The notes under the pieces were generated by a model, which worked only from the letters and a program-made list of their open reading frames with translations, was not told the DNA's origin and searched no databases. Position numbers and translations under genes: made by a program. Below, piece by piece: positions 9,828-19,655 of a stretch of 51,111 nt of DNA. Each line of letters begins with the position of its first letter. The stretch's first letter is position 1. The stretch lies in contig JAEOTB010000115.1 of assembly GCA_016840065.1 (NCBI GenBank), forward strand, positions 1 to 51,111, read 5' to 3'. This DNA comes from Candidatus Hermodarchaeota archaeon (lineage in GTDB: Archaea; Asgardarchaeota; Hermodarchaeia; Hermodarchaeales; Hermodarchaeaceae).

Positions 9828-12800
9828 ATGTCTGAACATGGCTTTGAAGATGGTGACACTCCCCCTCAGGCTCTAGAAGGTGCGATTTTTCAGGACCCTG
9901 GTTCACCAGGTATTAGAGGAAAGATAAGTTTCTCTTTATCATATGTTCTCCTAGGCCTTCGCCGCAGAAAAACACGTTCCATCAGCCTCCTCCTCGGCGT
10001 TTTAATTGGCGTAGCCCTAGTCTCGTCGGTTTTTGTGTGGACAGACACAGGTGCTCGTGTTTCCACTTATGATTATATTCACTCACAAAGTTTCCATTAT
10101 TCTTGTGTCCAGCAACCACAAATGCCAGTAGACCCTGAGGCAATCCTTCCAATTCAAGGGTTTGTGGATAGTCATCCTACTACTGAATCCTCCCATATCA
10201 TCTATTGGACTATTTGTGTCATCAACCCTGCAGGTGTAATCTCCACTGATATTTACCAGCCTTGGCCTTACCTTGACAATCCTGCTTATCCTCAAAGGGT
10301 CAACCGAAAGGATTGTAGTGCATTATTTGTCGATGACGCGTTTCTTTCAGCTGCAGAACAGTCATTCACGTTCACTGGAGCCTCCCAAATCGACCAGAAC
10401 TCAATACTAGTAAGCCAAGAAGTTGTTAACGATGCGCTATTCTATTTCGGTATGCCAATAGCAATCGGGGACACCATTGACATAGCTGTTGCTCGAAACT
10501 ACGACGGCCCGCAGATAGGAACCATGGAGGATCCTTTGCTTTATGGTGATTTAGATACATTTCTTCTTGAGAACCTAGAGGTTGTTGGCATCTATGACAT
10601 CGAGCCAAGAAATGATATCATGCAACAAGCTATCCCTCAATTGGCTCGTCAAAATTTTGGACCGTTCAGTGGAGTAGAGAATATCTTTGGTTGGAATGAT
10701 GGTATTATCCTCCACCAAGACCTCCTAACCCCAGACAATCGCAATGAGATTGTACGTGAGACACGCTTCCCACGTCTCTTAGTTAAATTATCCTATACTG
10801 GCATTTTTGTACAAGGACTGGATTTTGCGATGGAGATAATTGAATCTACCTTCGGTCAAATCGAGTCAAACTATCGGGTATCAATCAGGGGGCGTCTTGA
10901 GCTTATGGAGCTCGGGGAGTTCATTACAGCTTACAAATCAAGACAGAGCATGATTATCATCCTGTCTCCAATAACAATGCTAAGTGTTTTGTTCACCGCC
11001 TTCGCCTCAACATTGTTCTTAGGAGGTCGAAAATCGGAGTTAGCTCTCCTGCGGTCAAGGGGCGCTAGTTTTCAACAGCTGTATGGAACTCTCCTCCTGG
11101 AATTCGCTATCCTAGCTATTCTTGGACTAGTTCTAGGCAACATGCTAGGTATTGTTATTGGGTGCTTACTCCCATCGTCGACGAGTTTTCTCCAATTCGA
11201 CCTCGATATCTTTTTCCGATTCCTTGCCTTGGCTAATACATCGCCAATCGCCTGGGTAATAGCAAGCAGCATTTGTATAGCACCTTCACTCGCATTTACT
11301 ATTATCACTACAAGATCATTTCTTCACTCTGAATTGTATAGTGCAATTCGTGGAGTTACAGGCCGCGAGTGGTTTAGCTTTAGGACACAGGCCCTATACA
11401 TTCTTGGAACTTGTCTGTTGTTTCTCCCCCTCACTGTCTTTGTACAGTTACTCCGTGTCGAACACGAAGCCGCTGCAGCTTTCGCGTTAGGGGTTTTCGT
11501 TATGACAGTCATTCTTTGGGGCTTACTCTGTGATGTCAGTGCCCGACTGGTTCGCCCCGGTGTTTCAGGTCTTTCACGAATCTTTCGACCCCTTTTCGGT
11601 CAAAAGAGCACAATCTTTGCTAAGAGTGTACGAACACGAAGGCACCGGACTATTCCATTAATGATGATTATGACGCTTACCTTTTCAGTCACAATCTTTT
11701 CAGCCGTTGAAGCCCAATCCTATGACGGCTACATTACACAACAAGTGAAATACTTCATGGGTGGTGACATTCGCATTTATAGTGACCAAGTTCCTGCTTC
11801 TGCGGTGTGGCAGGTATTGAACATACCTGGAATTGATGCTGCCACTGCGGTAATAATGAGAGAGTCTTTCACAGCAACAGAGGATATACTGCTAATCGGT
11901 ATTGATCCAGTAGCTTATGCCCAAACAGGAAACTGGGACTCAACGAGTATGCCCGGATTAGACCCCTACAGTGTACTGCAAGCTCTTGAGACTATGCCAG
12001 ATGCCATAATATTCCCCCAGCACATCGCGAATGCAATAGACCGACATACTGGAGACCAAATAGCAGTCACAACCACTTATATGACAGGTTTTTACACACC
12101 AGCCAGTAACATCAAGACTTTCACTATTGTTGGCGAGGTATACTCAGCGCCTGGTTTTGGGTTTGCTGATGCTGATGACCCTGCTGTAACCCCGACGCCC
12201 TACCCTGGATACGGCTTCCAAGAGAGTAACACCTTTGCTTTCTGTCACATCAACTACTTCCTTTATGAGCTGCCATCTCAAGGAGCGATGGGTGAAATTG
12301 ATGACACGTTCCTTTTCTTCGCTAGTGTTGAGCCTGGAACTGACCGCGAGCAAGTCTTTGCAACCGTTCAAGCACTAGGGTTTACTAGAACAGCGTGGTC
12401 CTCACACTCCTTAGATATTGAGGCGATGTATCCTGGTGCTCACCTCTTCAGCGGCGGTGTGATTAGCCTCCTCTCAATGAGTTTTGTGGCCGCTCTTGCT
12501 CTGGGGCTACTATCCTTGACAGTTTTCGTCAACGTAATGGTTTCAGGCAGAAAGACAGAATATGCTATTATGCGAGCCATCGGAGGCACACGAGGTCAAG
12601 TGACTGCAATAGTTGTTGGCGAGTTTGCGGGTCTTATTCTCGCTACATTCTTTCTTGGTCTCTTGCTCAGCTTTGGATTCTCTTGGCTTCTAATGAACAC
12701 CTTGATCAAGCTCTTCCCACTACCAACGGTACTGCCGTTTGTAATCGTTTGGCCATTACTATTGTTACTGGGGTTAGTGCTCCTTGTTATAGTCGGAATG

Positions 12801-12872
12801 CTAATTGGTATCTGGTTGCCAGCTCGCCGTGCAGGTGCTGTTACAGTAAACAAGATACTGCGCGACCTCTAA
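9828..12872 (+). CDS. FtsX/MacB-like ABC transporter permease (two FtsX domains)
   Basis: RKSELALLRSRGAS and RKTEYAIMRAIGG repeats, C-terminal PARRAG, and two large extracytoplasmic domains. ATG at 9828. Confidence 0.9.
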   Translation: MSEHGFEDGDTPPQALEGAIFQDPGSPGIRGKISFSLSYVLLGLRRRKTRSISLLLGVLIGVALVSSVFVWTDTGARVSTYDYIHSQSFHYSCVQQPQMPVDPEAILPIQGFVDSHPTTESSHIIYWTICVINPAGVISTDIYQPWPYLDNPAYPQRVNRKDCSALFVDDAFLSAAEQSFTFTGASQIDQNSILVSQEVVNDALFYFGMPIAIGDTIDIAVARNYDGPQIGTMEDPLLYGDLDTFLLENLEVVGIYDIEPRNDIMQQAIPQLARQNFGPFSGVENIFGWNDGIILHQDLLTPDNRNEIVRETRFPRLLVKLSYTGIFVQGLDFAMEIIESTFGQIESNYRVSIRGRLELMELGEFITAYKSRQSMIIILSPITMLSVLFTAFASTLFLGGRKSELALLRSRGASFQQLYGTLLLEFAILAILGLVLGNMLGIVIGCLLPSSTSFLQFDLDIFFRFLALANTSPIAWVIASSICIAPSLAFTIITTRSFLHSELYSAIRGVTGREWFSFRTQALYILGTCLLFLPLTVFVQLLRVEHEAAAAFALGVFVMTVILWGLLCDVSARLVRPGVSGLSRIFRPLFGQKSTIFAKSVRTRRHRTIPLMMIMTLTFSVTIFSAVEAQSYDGYITQQVKYFMGGDIRIYSDQVPASAVWQVLNIPGIDAATAVIMRESFTATEDILLIGIDPVAYAQTGNWDSTSMPGLDPYSVLQALETMPDAIIFPQHIANAIDRHTGDQIAVTTTYMTGFYTPASNIKTFTIVGEVYSAPGFGFADADDPAVTPTPYPGYGFQESNTFAFCHINYFLYELPSQGAMGEIDDTFLFFASVEPGTDREQVFATVQALGFTRTAWSSHSLDIEAMYPGAHLFSGGVISLLSMSFVAALALGLLSLTVFVNVMVSGRKTEYAIMRAIGGTRGQVTAIVVGEFAGLILATFFLGLLLSFGFSWLLMNTLIKLFPLPTVLPFVIVWPLLLLLGLVLLVIVGMLIGIWLPARRAGAVTVNKILRDL

Positions 12873-12936
12873 ATTACCCTATAATATGACACCTGCAAGA
12901 AATTTTTAGGTAAAGAGAAACAAGGCTACACGATAG

Positions 12937-13530
12937 TTGCTAAAGGAGAAGATACCAATACCCGCCCCAAAAATCACTGATGATCACAGGAAGCTCATAT
13001 ACCTTGTCGGAATCTATGCAAACACGTTAGATAAGAGCGCAGACAAGGAGAATTGGTTCAAGGATGGCCCCCTATACGCTACAATCTACGAGTTAACAGC
13101 TGAAGGGATATTCGAGACCTACGATTATGCACCCGTGTCTGTCTTGGGACTGGACGGATTCCACCGGTTCATGAATATTTCCATAGAAGGCAAGGATGAC
13201 CTAGATGATCTGCGAGAACTGGGGCTACTAAACCATATGAAAATCTCCACCACGACATACGGTACTGTAACCGCATATCGGCTATCAAGCGAGGGAATGA
13301 AACATTACGACAAGACTCCAAAGAAGTTCAGAGACCAGATAGACAAACTCGTCCACTGTCCAAAACACAAGAGCAAACTAATGGAAATCGTGTGCATCGC
13401 CTTTGAGAAATATTATTTCCGCTGCCCATCCTGCAACTACGAACGGGAAATCCCGATATTCGAAATCGAAGATGTAAGCTACATCTCTACACCAAGATTC
13501 ATCCGACTACCCTACAGGAAACGCCGCTAA
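12937..13530 (+). CDS. Hypothetical protein, winged-helix-like with C-terminal Zn ribbon
   Basis: DDLDDLRELGLL...YRLSSEG (helix plus wing), then CPKH...CPSC. Confidence 0.7.
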   Translation: MLKEKIPIPAPKITDDHRKLIYLVGIYANTLDKSADKENWFKDGPLYATIYELTAEGIFETYDYAPVSVLGLDGFHRFMNISIEGKDDLDDLRELGLLNHMKISTTTYGTVTAYRLSSEGMKHYDKTPKKFRDQIDKLVHCPKHKSKLMEIVCIAFEKYYFRCPSCNYEREIPIFEIEDVSYISTPRFIRLPYRKRR

Positions 13531-13554
13531 ACTATGAGAGCACAAATGATGTGA

Positions 13555-15315
13555 ATGATAATGGCTGTACGCGATAAATTAGAAGAACTGATTTTCCTCA
13601 AGAAACCAACCGTAATAATCAGCGAATGGATGCCATGGGGAAATAACCAGATTGCAGCTCTCAACCAGAAACTTGGGTCGATGGAACGCCTAAAGAGCAC
13701 CCTAATGACTGCGCTAGTAGACGAGTTCCCAGAGCAGTCAATATTCGAAAGTGATCCCATTCACTCTGATGTTGTCGTTAAAGATTTTGAGCTCACCCAA
13801 TTTGTAGAGTTTCGTTGCAAGGTCGATTATCCTGAGGCAGCTGGTATCGAGCAAGTTGAAGAGTTTGCTGCGCACATCCATGAACAAGGTCTTGTAGTCT
13901 TTGCACTTGACTTGAATGAAGTTGAAGGGAGAAAAGGGAGAGTCTCCTTAGACCATCTGACGCGTGTAAACGCTGACCTTCTAATGGATTCAAGTCAGAT
14001 TATGGACACATTGCTCGCTCACTCGCAGCTTCGTATGATGGATGTGATGTTCCGAGGTAAATCAAGGAACCGCGGTAAATTCGTGCTTGTTGTGAGTGAG
14101 GGAATTACTCCTCGAAAGAACAAAGCAAGTTCGTATGCAGACGAAGAGGATTACCAGAATGAAATCGAACAAGTTGTAGGAACACTAGAGGCTACGGAGA
14201 CAGTTAGCGATGGTTCCTTTATCTTCATAGGCGATCTCGGCGCCATTGTAACTACAAAGAACTTCTCTAGCCACGAGGAAGTAATGGGACTCTATACTCT
14301 AGTTCGTTCCCTTGATATGTTCATGAACCAGTATTTCTCACGTCTATGGCTTGGCTGGGACGATTCGCTTAAAATCCGACAAATGTTTCTGCACAAAGCA
14401 GACCGGGATCCCACAATGGTCGCAAAGGCAAAAACTGCTCTTTCCAAAGTTGGTGCTGATGCTGTTGTTCTAGAAGCTTTGATGAGCTTTCTAGGAGAAT
14501 CGATAGAATATACTCGTGAACAGATTACCCGCATACTCAAGAAAGCTAAACCAAGGCAAAAGGAGTTTGCTGCTAAGCTTCACCTCCAGAAGTTCTTTGG
14601 CCGTGTTGAAACGCGCATTGATGACGCGGAGAAGGTGGTTGAGGGACTAAAGCGGGAAGTAGAAGGACTACAGGGGCTTGTCACAACACTTGGCGAGAAA
14701 CAGATGCAGAAGGTGTATAACACCTTACAGGACAGCTCCCGGGCAACGGAGGAAATGCTTGCTTCTAGCGAAAGGGGTGCAGTAGCTCTAAACATCATCG
14801 AGATTATCCTAGCAGGCACAATCGCCTTTGATGTCATAGAAACCATGAACACTATTGGTTTTCTAGATACAGTATTTGGCGGTCTGTACCCTCTGGGTAC
14901 ATACATCATTTTTGGTGCGACAATGGTTATCTGGCTAAGCGTTGCCATTGCACTCTATAAATTCATGGAGTATCTCACAAGTCGCCATGAGCCGCTTTTC
15001 TCCATGCAGCTGCGCCTTGAAGCGCCCTGCCATGTGGACCGCCTAGAGAAGTATCTAGCCACCAAGGACATCACAACACTGATTACCAAACAGGACGGCA
15101 TCACAGATGCTACTAAGGCATCCTGGGATGAAGAAGACAAGAGTAAGTGGCTAGGTGAGAAGCCAAAACTCTCTATAGTCTATGATGGCCTGAATGGATA
15201 CATCCTTACTGTCATTGCAGAATTCAAGAACCCGAACATTGACCGTGTAAAGCTCCGAGAGAAACTTCTACAAGAGATGAAGCCGCTCCTCCGAGGTCCA
15301 AACAACTTCACATGA
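13555..15315 (+). CDS. Hypothetical membrane protein with CorA-like architecture
   Basis: Alpha/beta N-domain, long coiled helices, two TM segments (LNIIEIILAGTIAF; YIIFGATMVIWLSVAIALY) and a C-terminal soluble domain. Confidence 0.65.
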   Translation: MIMAVRDKLEELIFLKKPTVIISEWMPWGNNQIAALNQKLGSMERLKSTLMTALVDEFPEQSIFESDPIHSDVVVKDFELTQFVEFRCKVDYPEAAGIEQVEEFAAHIHEQGLVVFALDLNEVEGRKGRVSLDHLTRVNADLLMDSSQIMDTLLAHSQLRMMDVMFRGKSRNRGKFVLVVSEGITPRKNKASSYADEEDYQNEIEQVVGTLEATETVSDGSFIFIGDLGAIVTTKNFSSHEEVMGLYTLVRSLDMFMNQYFSRLWLGWDDSLKIRQMFLHKADRDPTMVAKAKTALSKVGADAVVLEALMSFLGESIEYTREQITRILKKAKPRQKEFAAKLHLQKFFGRVETRIDDAEKVVEGLKREVEGLQGLVTTLGEKQMQKVYNTLQDSSRATEEMLASSERGAVALNIIEIILAGTIAFDVIETMNTIGFLDTVFGGLYPLGTYIIFGATMVIWLSVAIALYKFMEYLTSRHEPLFSMQLRLEAPCHVDRLEKYLATKDITTLITKQDGITDATKASWDEEDKSKWLGEKPKLSIVYDGLNGYILTVIAEFKNPNIDRVKLREKLLQEMKPLLRGPNNFT

Positions 15316-15360
15316 GCTACCCCCAAACAGTTTAATCAATAGACCTACTGAAGTTGGGGT

Positions 15361-16488
15361 ATGGGTTCTGCGTCGGGTTGGGTTGCTAGTCAGTTGCCAG
15401 AGGACGACCTTGAGCTAGGTGGCATCATTGATGTTGATGTGCCGCCTCAAACTGAACGCCATCGGGCAGAGGGTGGGGTTTGGTTTGCCACCAAGAAATC
15501 ACTTCTCCATCTTCACCAAAAGATGTGGAGGAGATGGTCACACGATGATGGTTTACCCGCGCCTTTGTCCGCAATCGCCTGTGGATTATCAGATGCAGTC
15601 TATCTCGGCACAGAAAAGGGAGAAATCTATTCGTGGAGTGGTCCAGAACACCACAAATTGCTAGAACAGATACCAGATACTGGCATTAGTTGCTTACGCC
15701 TTGGTTATCATCGCCAAACCCATCAGCCTCTTCTAGTCGCAGGCTGCGGCACCCCCTACACTCCATCGCATGACAATCTTTGCGTTACCCTTTACGGTGA
15801 TATACTTACATCTAGTGGAAGGGAAAGACGGGGACAAGCCTCTGCCCCTTCAATCGTTCATTCAGAACCCCTGTCAACAGGAACAAGGGGAAGCACCGTT
15901 GATATCACATTTAACGCTGCAGGGATTCCCCATCTGCTCTTTAGAGATAACAGGTATCCTGACAAACCCAGCTTCATCTTTCACCGCCTACGATTCCGAC
16001 GACGTACAAAAGGTGAAGCAAGCATACAATGGCATGCCTTTTCTATTATCAAGACACCTTGTACCACCATCGAGTACATGCGGACACAACGTTCCAGCGG
16101 ACTCTGGGTTGGAACCCCGGGTGGCCTCTACTATCTGAACCCCTCAAAGCATTCCAGCAATCTGGGCATCTTGCTAAACATCCCTTCCACGGGACCCGTA
16201 TACGACATCTTCCAAGACAGCCGCAACTGGCTCTGGGTTAGTGGCCACGAAGGGCTCTTCCTACATGCCAAGAGTAGATGGTGGCGCTTCATCGATCCTC
16301 CTGGTGATATCCTTTTCAAATTGGATAGAATTGTCGAAGACCAGATGGGGAATATCTATGTGGTACGGGGCGATCAGTATTTCTGGCTTAAGTGGTCGGA
16401 CCACTTTGGTAGAGGCGGTGTTTCATTAAATACTCTCAAGAAACTAACTGAGCCTGTTAAAACTACAGCTGCAAGCCTTTCGCTATGA
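15361..16488 (+). CDS. Beta-propeller protein (Reg_prop-like repeats)
   Basis: Repeats GLWVGTPGGLYY, IFQDSRNWLWV and IVEDQMGNIYV. Confidence 0.7.
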   Translation: MGSASGWVASQLPEDDLELGGIIDVDVPPQTERHRAEGGVWFATKKSLLHLHQKMWRRWSHDDGLPAPLSAIACGLSDAVYLGTEKGEIYSWSGPEHHKLLEQIPDTGISCLRLGYHRQTHQPLLVAGCGTPYTPSHDNLCVTLYGDILTSSGRERRGQASAPSIVHSEPLSTGTRGSTVDITFNAAGIPHLLFRDNRYPDKPSFIFHRLRFRRRTKGEASIQWHAFSIIKTPCTTIEYMRTQRSSGLWVGTPGGLYYLNPSKHSSNLGILLNIPSTGPVYDIFQDSRNWLWVSGHEGLFLHAKSRWWRFIDPPGDILFKLDRIVEDQMGNIYVVRGDQYFWLKWSDHFGRGGVSLNTLKKLTEPVKTTAASLSL

Positions 16489-16531
16489 AAGAAGCTGTGC
16501 CATGACTTTTTAGTTGATTCAAACGAGGGGC

Positions 16532-16945
16532 TTAACCCCATCCACCGTCATCATCTTCTTCTTCCTCGCCTGGGAATCCTGAAAACATAGCGCCGATTAT
16601 TTTTTCTACATATTCTTTGAGTTTGCCGCCAAAAAACATGTCCTTCAGGACCTCGTGCACTCTCTTCATTGATTTTTCATCCTCGAATTTCATTATTAGC
16701 AAACGTTCCTCCTGAATGACCTCTGTTTCAAACTCAACCGGCTCATCAAGAAGAATACCAACCATTCCTTTTAGCCGGTCTCCCTGTAGAAACTCTGAAG
16801 CCTGAGCAGCCTGAGAAGTATCTGCTCCCTCAGAGATTCCCTCTTTGGTGGTGATTCTAATCGTGTGAGTAGAGGAGTCTACTTCCATTTCCATATTTTC
16901 ATTGATTCGTTCTTGTATCTGATCCCAATCGACATCAAAAGACAA
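16532..16945 (-). CDS. Hypothetical acidic protein
   Basis: 137 aa ORF filling the gap, with a TTG start and an acidic C-terminus. Confidence 0.65.
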   Translation of the reverse strand: MSFDVDWDQIQERINENMEMEVDSSTHTIRITTKEGISEGADTSQAAQASEFLQGDRLKGMVGILLDEPVEFETEVIQEERLLIMKFEDEKSMKRVHEVLKDMFFGGKLKEYVEKIIGAMFSGFPGEEEEDDDGGWG

Positions 16946-17105
16946 CTGAATAACCTCTTGTTACGGATGAAAGGGTTCTGCTGAGGTGATAGGCATACAT
17001 ACTACCTTAATAATTCTAGTGCTGTCCATAATCCTGCCAATTTCTTTAAGTATCTGACGGAACTAGAATACTACAGCATACCCGACACTGATGAGGTAAG
17101 ATACT

Positions 17106-17444
17106 ATGGCAAAAGTACCAAAAGGCGCATCGCCACGAAAAGTAGCTGAGATACACTACGGTTCAGCGATGAAAGGCGACAAACCAACATGGGAGGCAAC
17201 TCTCACAAAACGAAACCAGACAGGACGCATGTACCGGCACTACTGGGAGGTCTGTGAGCAACGGGCTTCTATTGGATGTTACTACGAGTTTGGAAAAGAA
17301 GATCGAGTTACAGATGACCGGGCTAAGCTTTTCTTTAAACGTTTCAATGCTGATGGCTCTCCACGAGGTCGTCCTGTTCCCATCACACTCAAAAGGGATA
17401 AGGATCAGGGGGGCGAGTGGCGCGTTCATACACCCAGCTATTGA
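17106..17444 (+). CDS. Hypothetical protein, possible NTF2-like fold
   Basis: SPRKVAEIHY...ITLKR...GEWRV pattern. GAGGT lies upstream. Confidence 0.6.
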   Translation: MAKVPKGASPRKVAEIHYGSAMKGDKPTWEATLTKRNQTGRMYRHYWEVCEQRASIGCYYEFGKEDRVTDDRAKLFFKRFNADGSPRGRPVPITLKRDKDQGGEWRVHTPSY

Positions 17445-17548
17445 ACAATCAAACAAGATTTGTTGACAGGGGTTAAGAGGCCTCTGAAATTCACTCTCTG
17501 ACTCAGAAAATCATTCAGGCAATTCAGGTTTCTTTGTGGTGAAAAGTA

Positions 17549-18529
17549 GTGAAGCGTCTTCCTACACTAGTTCTTTATCATCCAGCGATGGCTGAAGAGG
17601 GCTACCCTGTCCTAGCTGGTCGTGTACAGCAAGCTTTTGACTACTTGGAAGAGACCGGGACTTTGCAGGCGTCTCAGGTGATTCATGAGGAGGCGCGGCA
17701 GGTAGACAGTTCACTACTGAACCGAGTGCATACTGAACGCCATATAGCAGGCGTTGGGCGTACCAGTTATGATTTTGCGTCTCGACTCTCAGCAGGTGCA
17801 GCGGTTAGGGCGGGTGAAGCGGTGTGGACTGGTGAAGCGGCTAACGCTTTTGTGTTCACAGGTTGTGCTGGACACCATGCCAGCCGCGACTCAGCCTGGG
17901 GCTTCTGCTACTACAATAACACAGCGTTGCTGGTTCGCCATCTCCAAAAGGCTCATGGCGTTGAGCGTTTCTTCGTTGTAGACACCGATCCACACACGGG
18001 TGACGGCACTCGAGATACTCTTGGCGAGGATTTGGGTGTGTACCATCTTAATTTCTATGCGGCATTCGGGGAGGGTGAAGAGCCCGAGTCAACTCGCCAA
18101 GTTGATGTTCCCTTTCCAAGCAATTGTGGTGACGCGTCGTTTGTTGAGGCGTTACGTAGGTTAGCAACACCCCTCGCAAAAGAGAGTAGAGCTCAGATGA
18201 TTCTTTGGAACATGGGACATGACGCCCATGCCATCGATTATGGTGGCTTCCAGCTTTCGCTTCACGCTTTCCCAGAAATGACAAAACTTCTTCTAGCATT
18301 GGCCGAGGAAGTGTGTCAAGGGCGTTTTATTGTGCTGCTTTCTGGTGGGTCTGAGGAGTACGTCGCCCGTCACACTATCTCGAGTATTATTCGACACCTA
18401 GCAGGGCTTTCCCCCCTCCCTGCTGATACTGGTGAGGAGCCAGCACCTGACACTCCTGAAACTGAGCGGACTGCCCGGAAGCTTGTTGAGAAAATCATCA
18501 CAGAATTAGGTTTCGACACCGAAGAATGA
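17549..18529 (+). CDS. Histone deacetylase family (Zn-dependent deacylase)
   Basis: GHHA....GFCYYNN, DTDPHTGDGT and GHDAH..D motifs. Confidence 0.9.
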   Translation: MKRLPTLVLYHPAMAEEGYPVLAGRVQQAFDYLEETGTLQASQVIHEEARQVDSSLLNRVHTERHIAGVGRTSYDFASRLSAGAAVRAGEAVWTGEAANAFVFTGCAGHHASRDSAWGFCYYNNTALLVRHLQKAHGVERFFVVDTDPHTGDGTRDTLGEDLGVYHLNFYAAFGEGEEPESTRQVDVPFPSNCGDASFVEALRRLATPLAKESRAQMILWNMGHDAHAIDYGGFQLSLHAFPEMTKLLLALAEEVCQGRFIVLLSGGSEEYVARHTISSIIRHLAGLSPLPADTGEEPAPDTPETERTARKLVEKIITELGFDTEE

Positions 18530-18532
18530 AGG

Positions 18533-18994
18533 CTAGGATGTGGTGCCGACTTTCTCCCAGGCTTGGAATTTTCCTCGGGCGCGCTGAACAAGGACGAGTC
18601 CATATCGTTTCCAGATTTCTTCACGAGTTAAGGATTCCTCCTCAGAGGGCGTACTGCTTGAAGGTGGAGTGTGTTCCTCGGGTCTGATGGACTGGCTATA
18701 GAATATAGAATCAATTAGGTTACCAACGAGCCCTTGCTGGTACTGATCCTTGACGAAGATGAGTATCTGTTCCGTGGGAACATCCACTGGCTGCAGAGGG
18801 TGACGAGTAACGCCCTGGCTGAATGAGGGGCAGACGCCACTCATCGTTTCTTTGACAATCTCGATACAGTTTGGGTCGATGAAGAACTGGCATGTCAGGC
18901 ATTGTCGCCATCCTGCGTGGATAGCTTCTTCAAGGTTGATTTTCTTACCACAAGCAACGCAAGATATGCCGACGGTGCTCAAGTCTATTTTCAT
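18533..18994 (-). CDS. RING-variant zinc-finger protein (Nse1-RING-like), last gene of SMC operon
   Basis: C12-x2-C15-x16-C32-x2-C35-x4-D40-x2-C43-x11-C55-P-x8-H65. ATGA overlap with the KITE gene. Confidence 0.6.
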   Translation of the reverse strand: MKIDLSTVGISCVACGKKINLEEAIHAGWRQCLTCQFFIDPNCIEIVKETMSGVCPSFSQGVTRHPLQPVDVPTEQILIFVKDQYQQGLVGNLIDSIFYSQSIRPEEHTPPSSSTPSEEESLTREEIWKRYGLVLVQRARGKFQAWEKVGTTS

Positions 18995-19650
18995 CGGCTC
19001 TCACCGTCTTCTGAACCCTTTGATGAAGTTGTGCCTACTAGGTAAGTGGCGGCTGTACTGGCGATAGCCTTTCGTCGTTCTGCGTCAAACTCGAGTTCAG
19101 TCCTGGGCCCGTAGGCTATTCGGTTTGTGCTACGTTCAATGTAACCAAGATCCGCGAGGCGCCGGAGTATTCTATCCAGTTGATAACGAGAAAGGCGACC
19201 ACGCGTTACCAATGCTGCATCTAGTTCCTTCGGAGTTGTCTTTCTTGCCCGTCTCCGAGCTCCAGCATTTTCTATAGCCGCGATAATCACTCCTAGCACA
19301 GCATATTCGGGATCGGTTAGTTCGCTAGGAACTCCGTATAGTGTGCGCAGACAGTAACGAGTCTCCCGACCAAGCCGATATTCTACGAGTTCCAACCCTA
19401 GTGGAGTGATATGCTGCCGAAGTAGGCTGAAGAGCTGATTGAGCCCATCACGGTTCGTGTGCAGGGCTTCTAGTAAATCCTGTTGCTTAACACCGATGTT
19501 GAGCTGACTTTCACCGTCACGCCAACGGGCGGTGAGGGCTGCGAAGAGCTGACCAAGTAGATGCTGTTGAGCGCGTTCCTCACTTTCATCGACACCCCGG
19601 TCGGCAGTATCAACTGAGGACTCGTCTCTAGGAGTAGGTTCTTCTGTCAC
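18991..19650 (-). CDS. KITE (tandem winged-helix) protein, Nse1/Nse3-MAGE-like
   Basis: LRQHITPLGLELVE, LGVIIAAIE, LDRILRRLADLGYI and YGPRTELEF (cf. MAGE/Nse3 WGPR..E). Lies in the SMC operon. Confidence 0.75.
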   Translation of the reverse strand: MTEEPTPRDESSVDTADRGVDESEERAQQHLLGQLFAALTARWRDGESQLNIGVKQQDLLEALHTNRDGLNQLFSLLRQHITPLGLELVEYRLGRETRYCLRTLYGVPSELTDPEYAVLGVIIAAIENAGARRRARKTTPKELDAALVTRGRLSRYQLDRILRRLADLGYIERSTNRIAYGPRTELEFDAERRKAIASTAATYLVGTTSSKGSEDGESR

Positions 19651-19655
19651 TTCTA

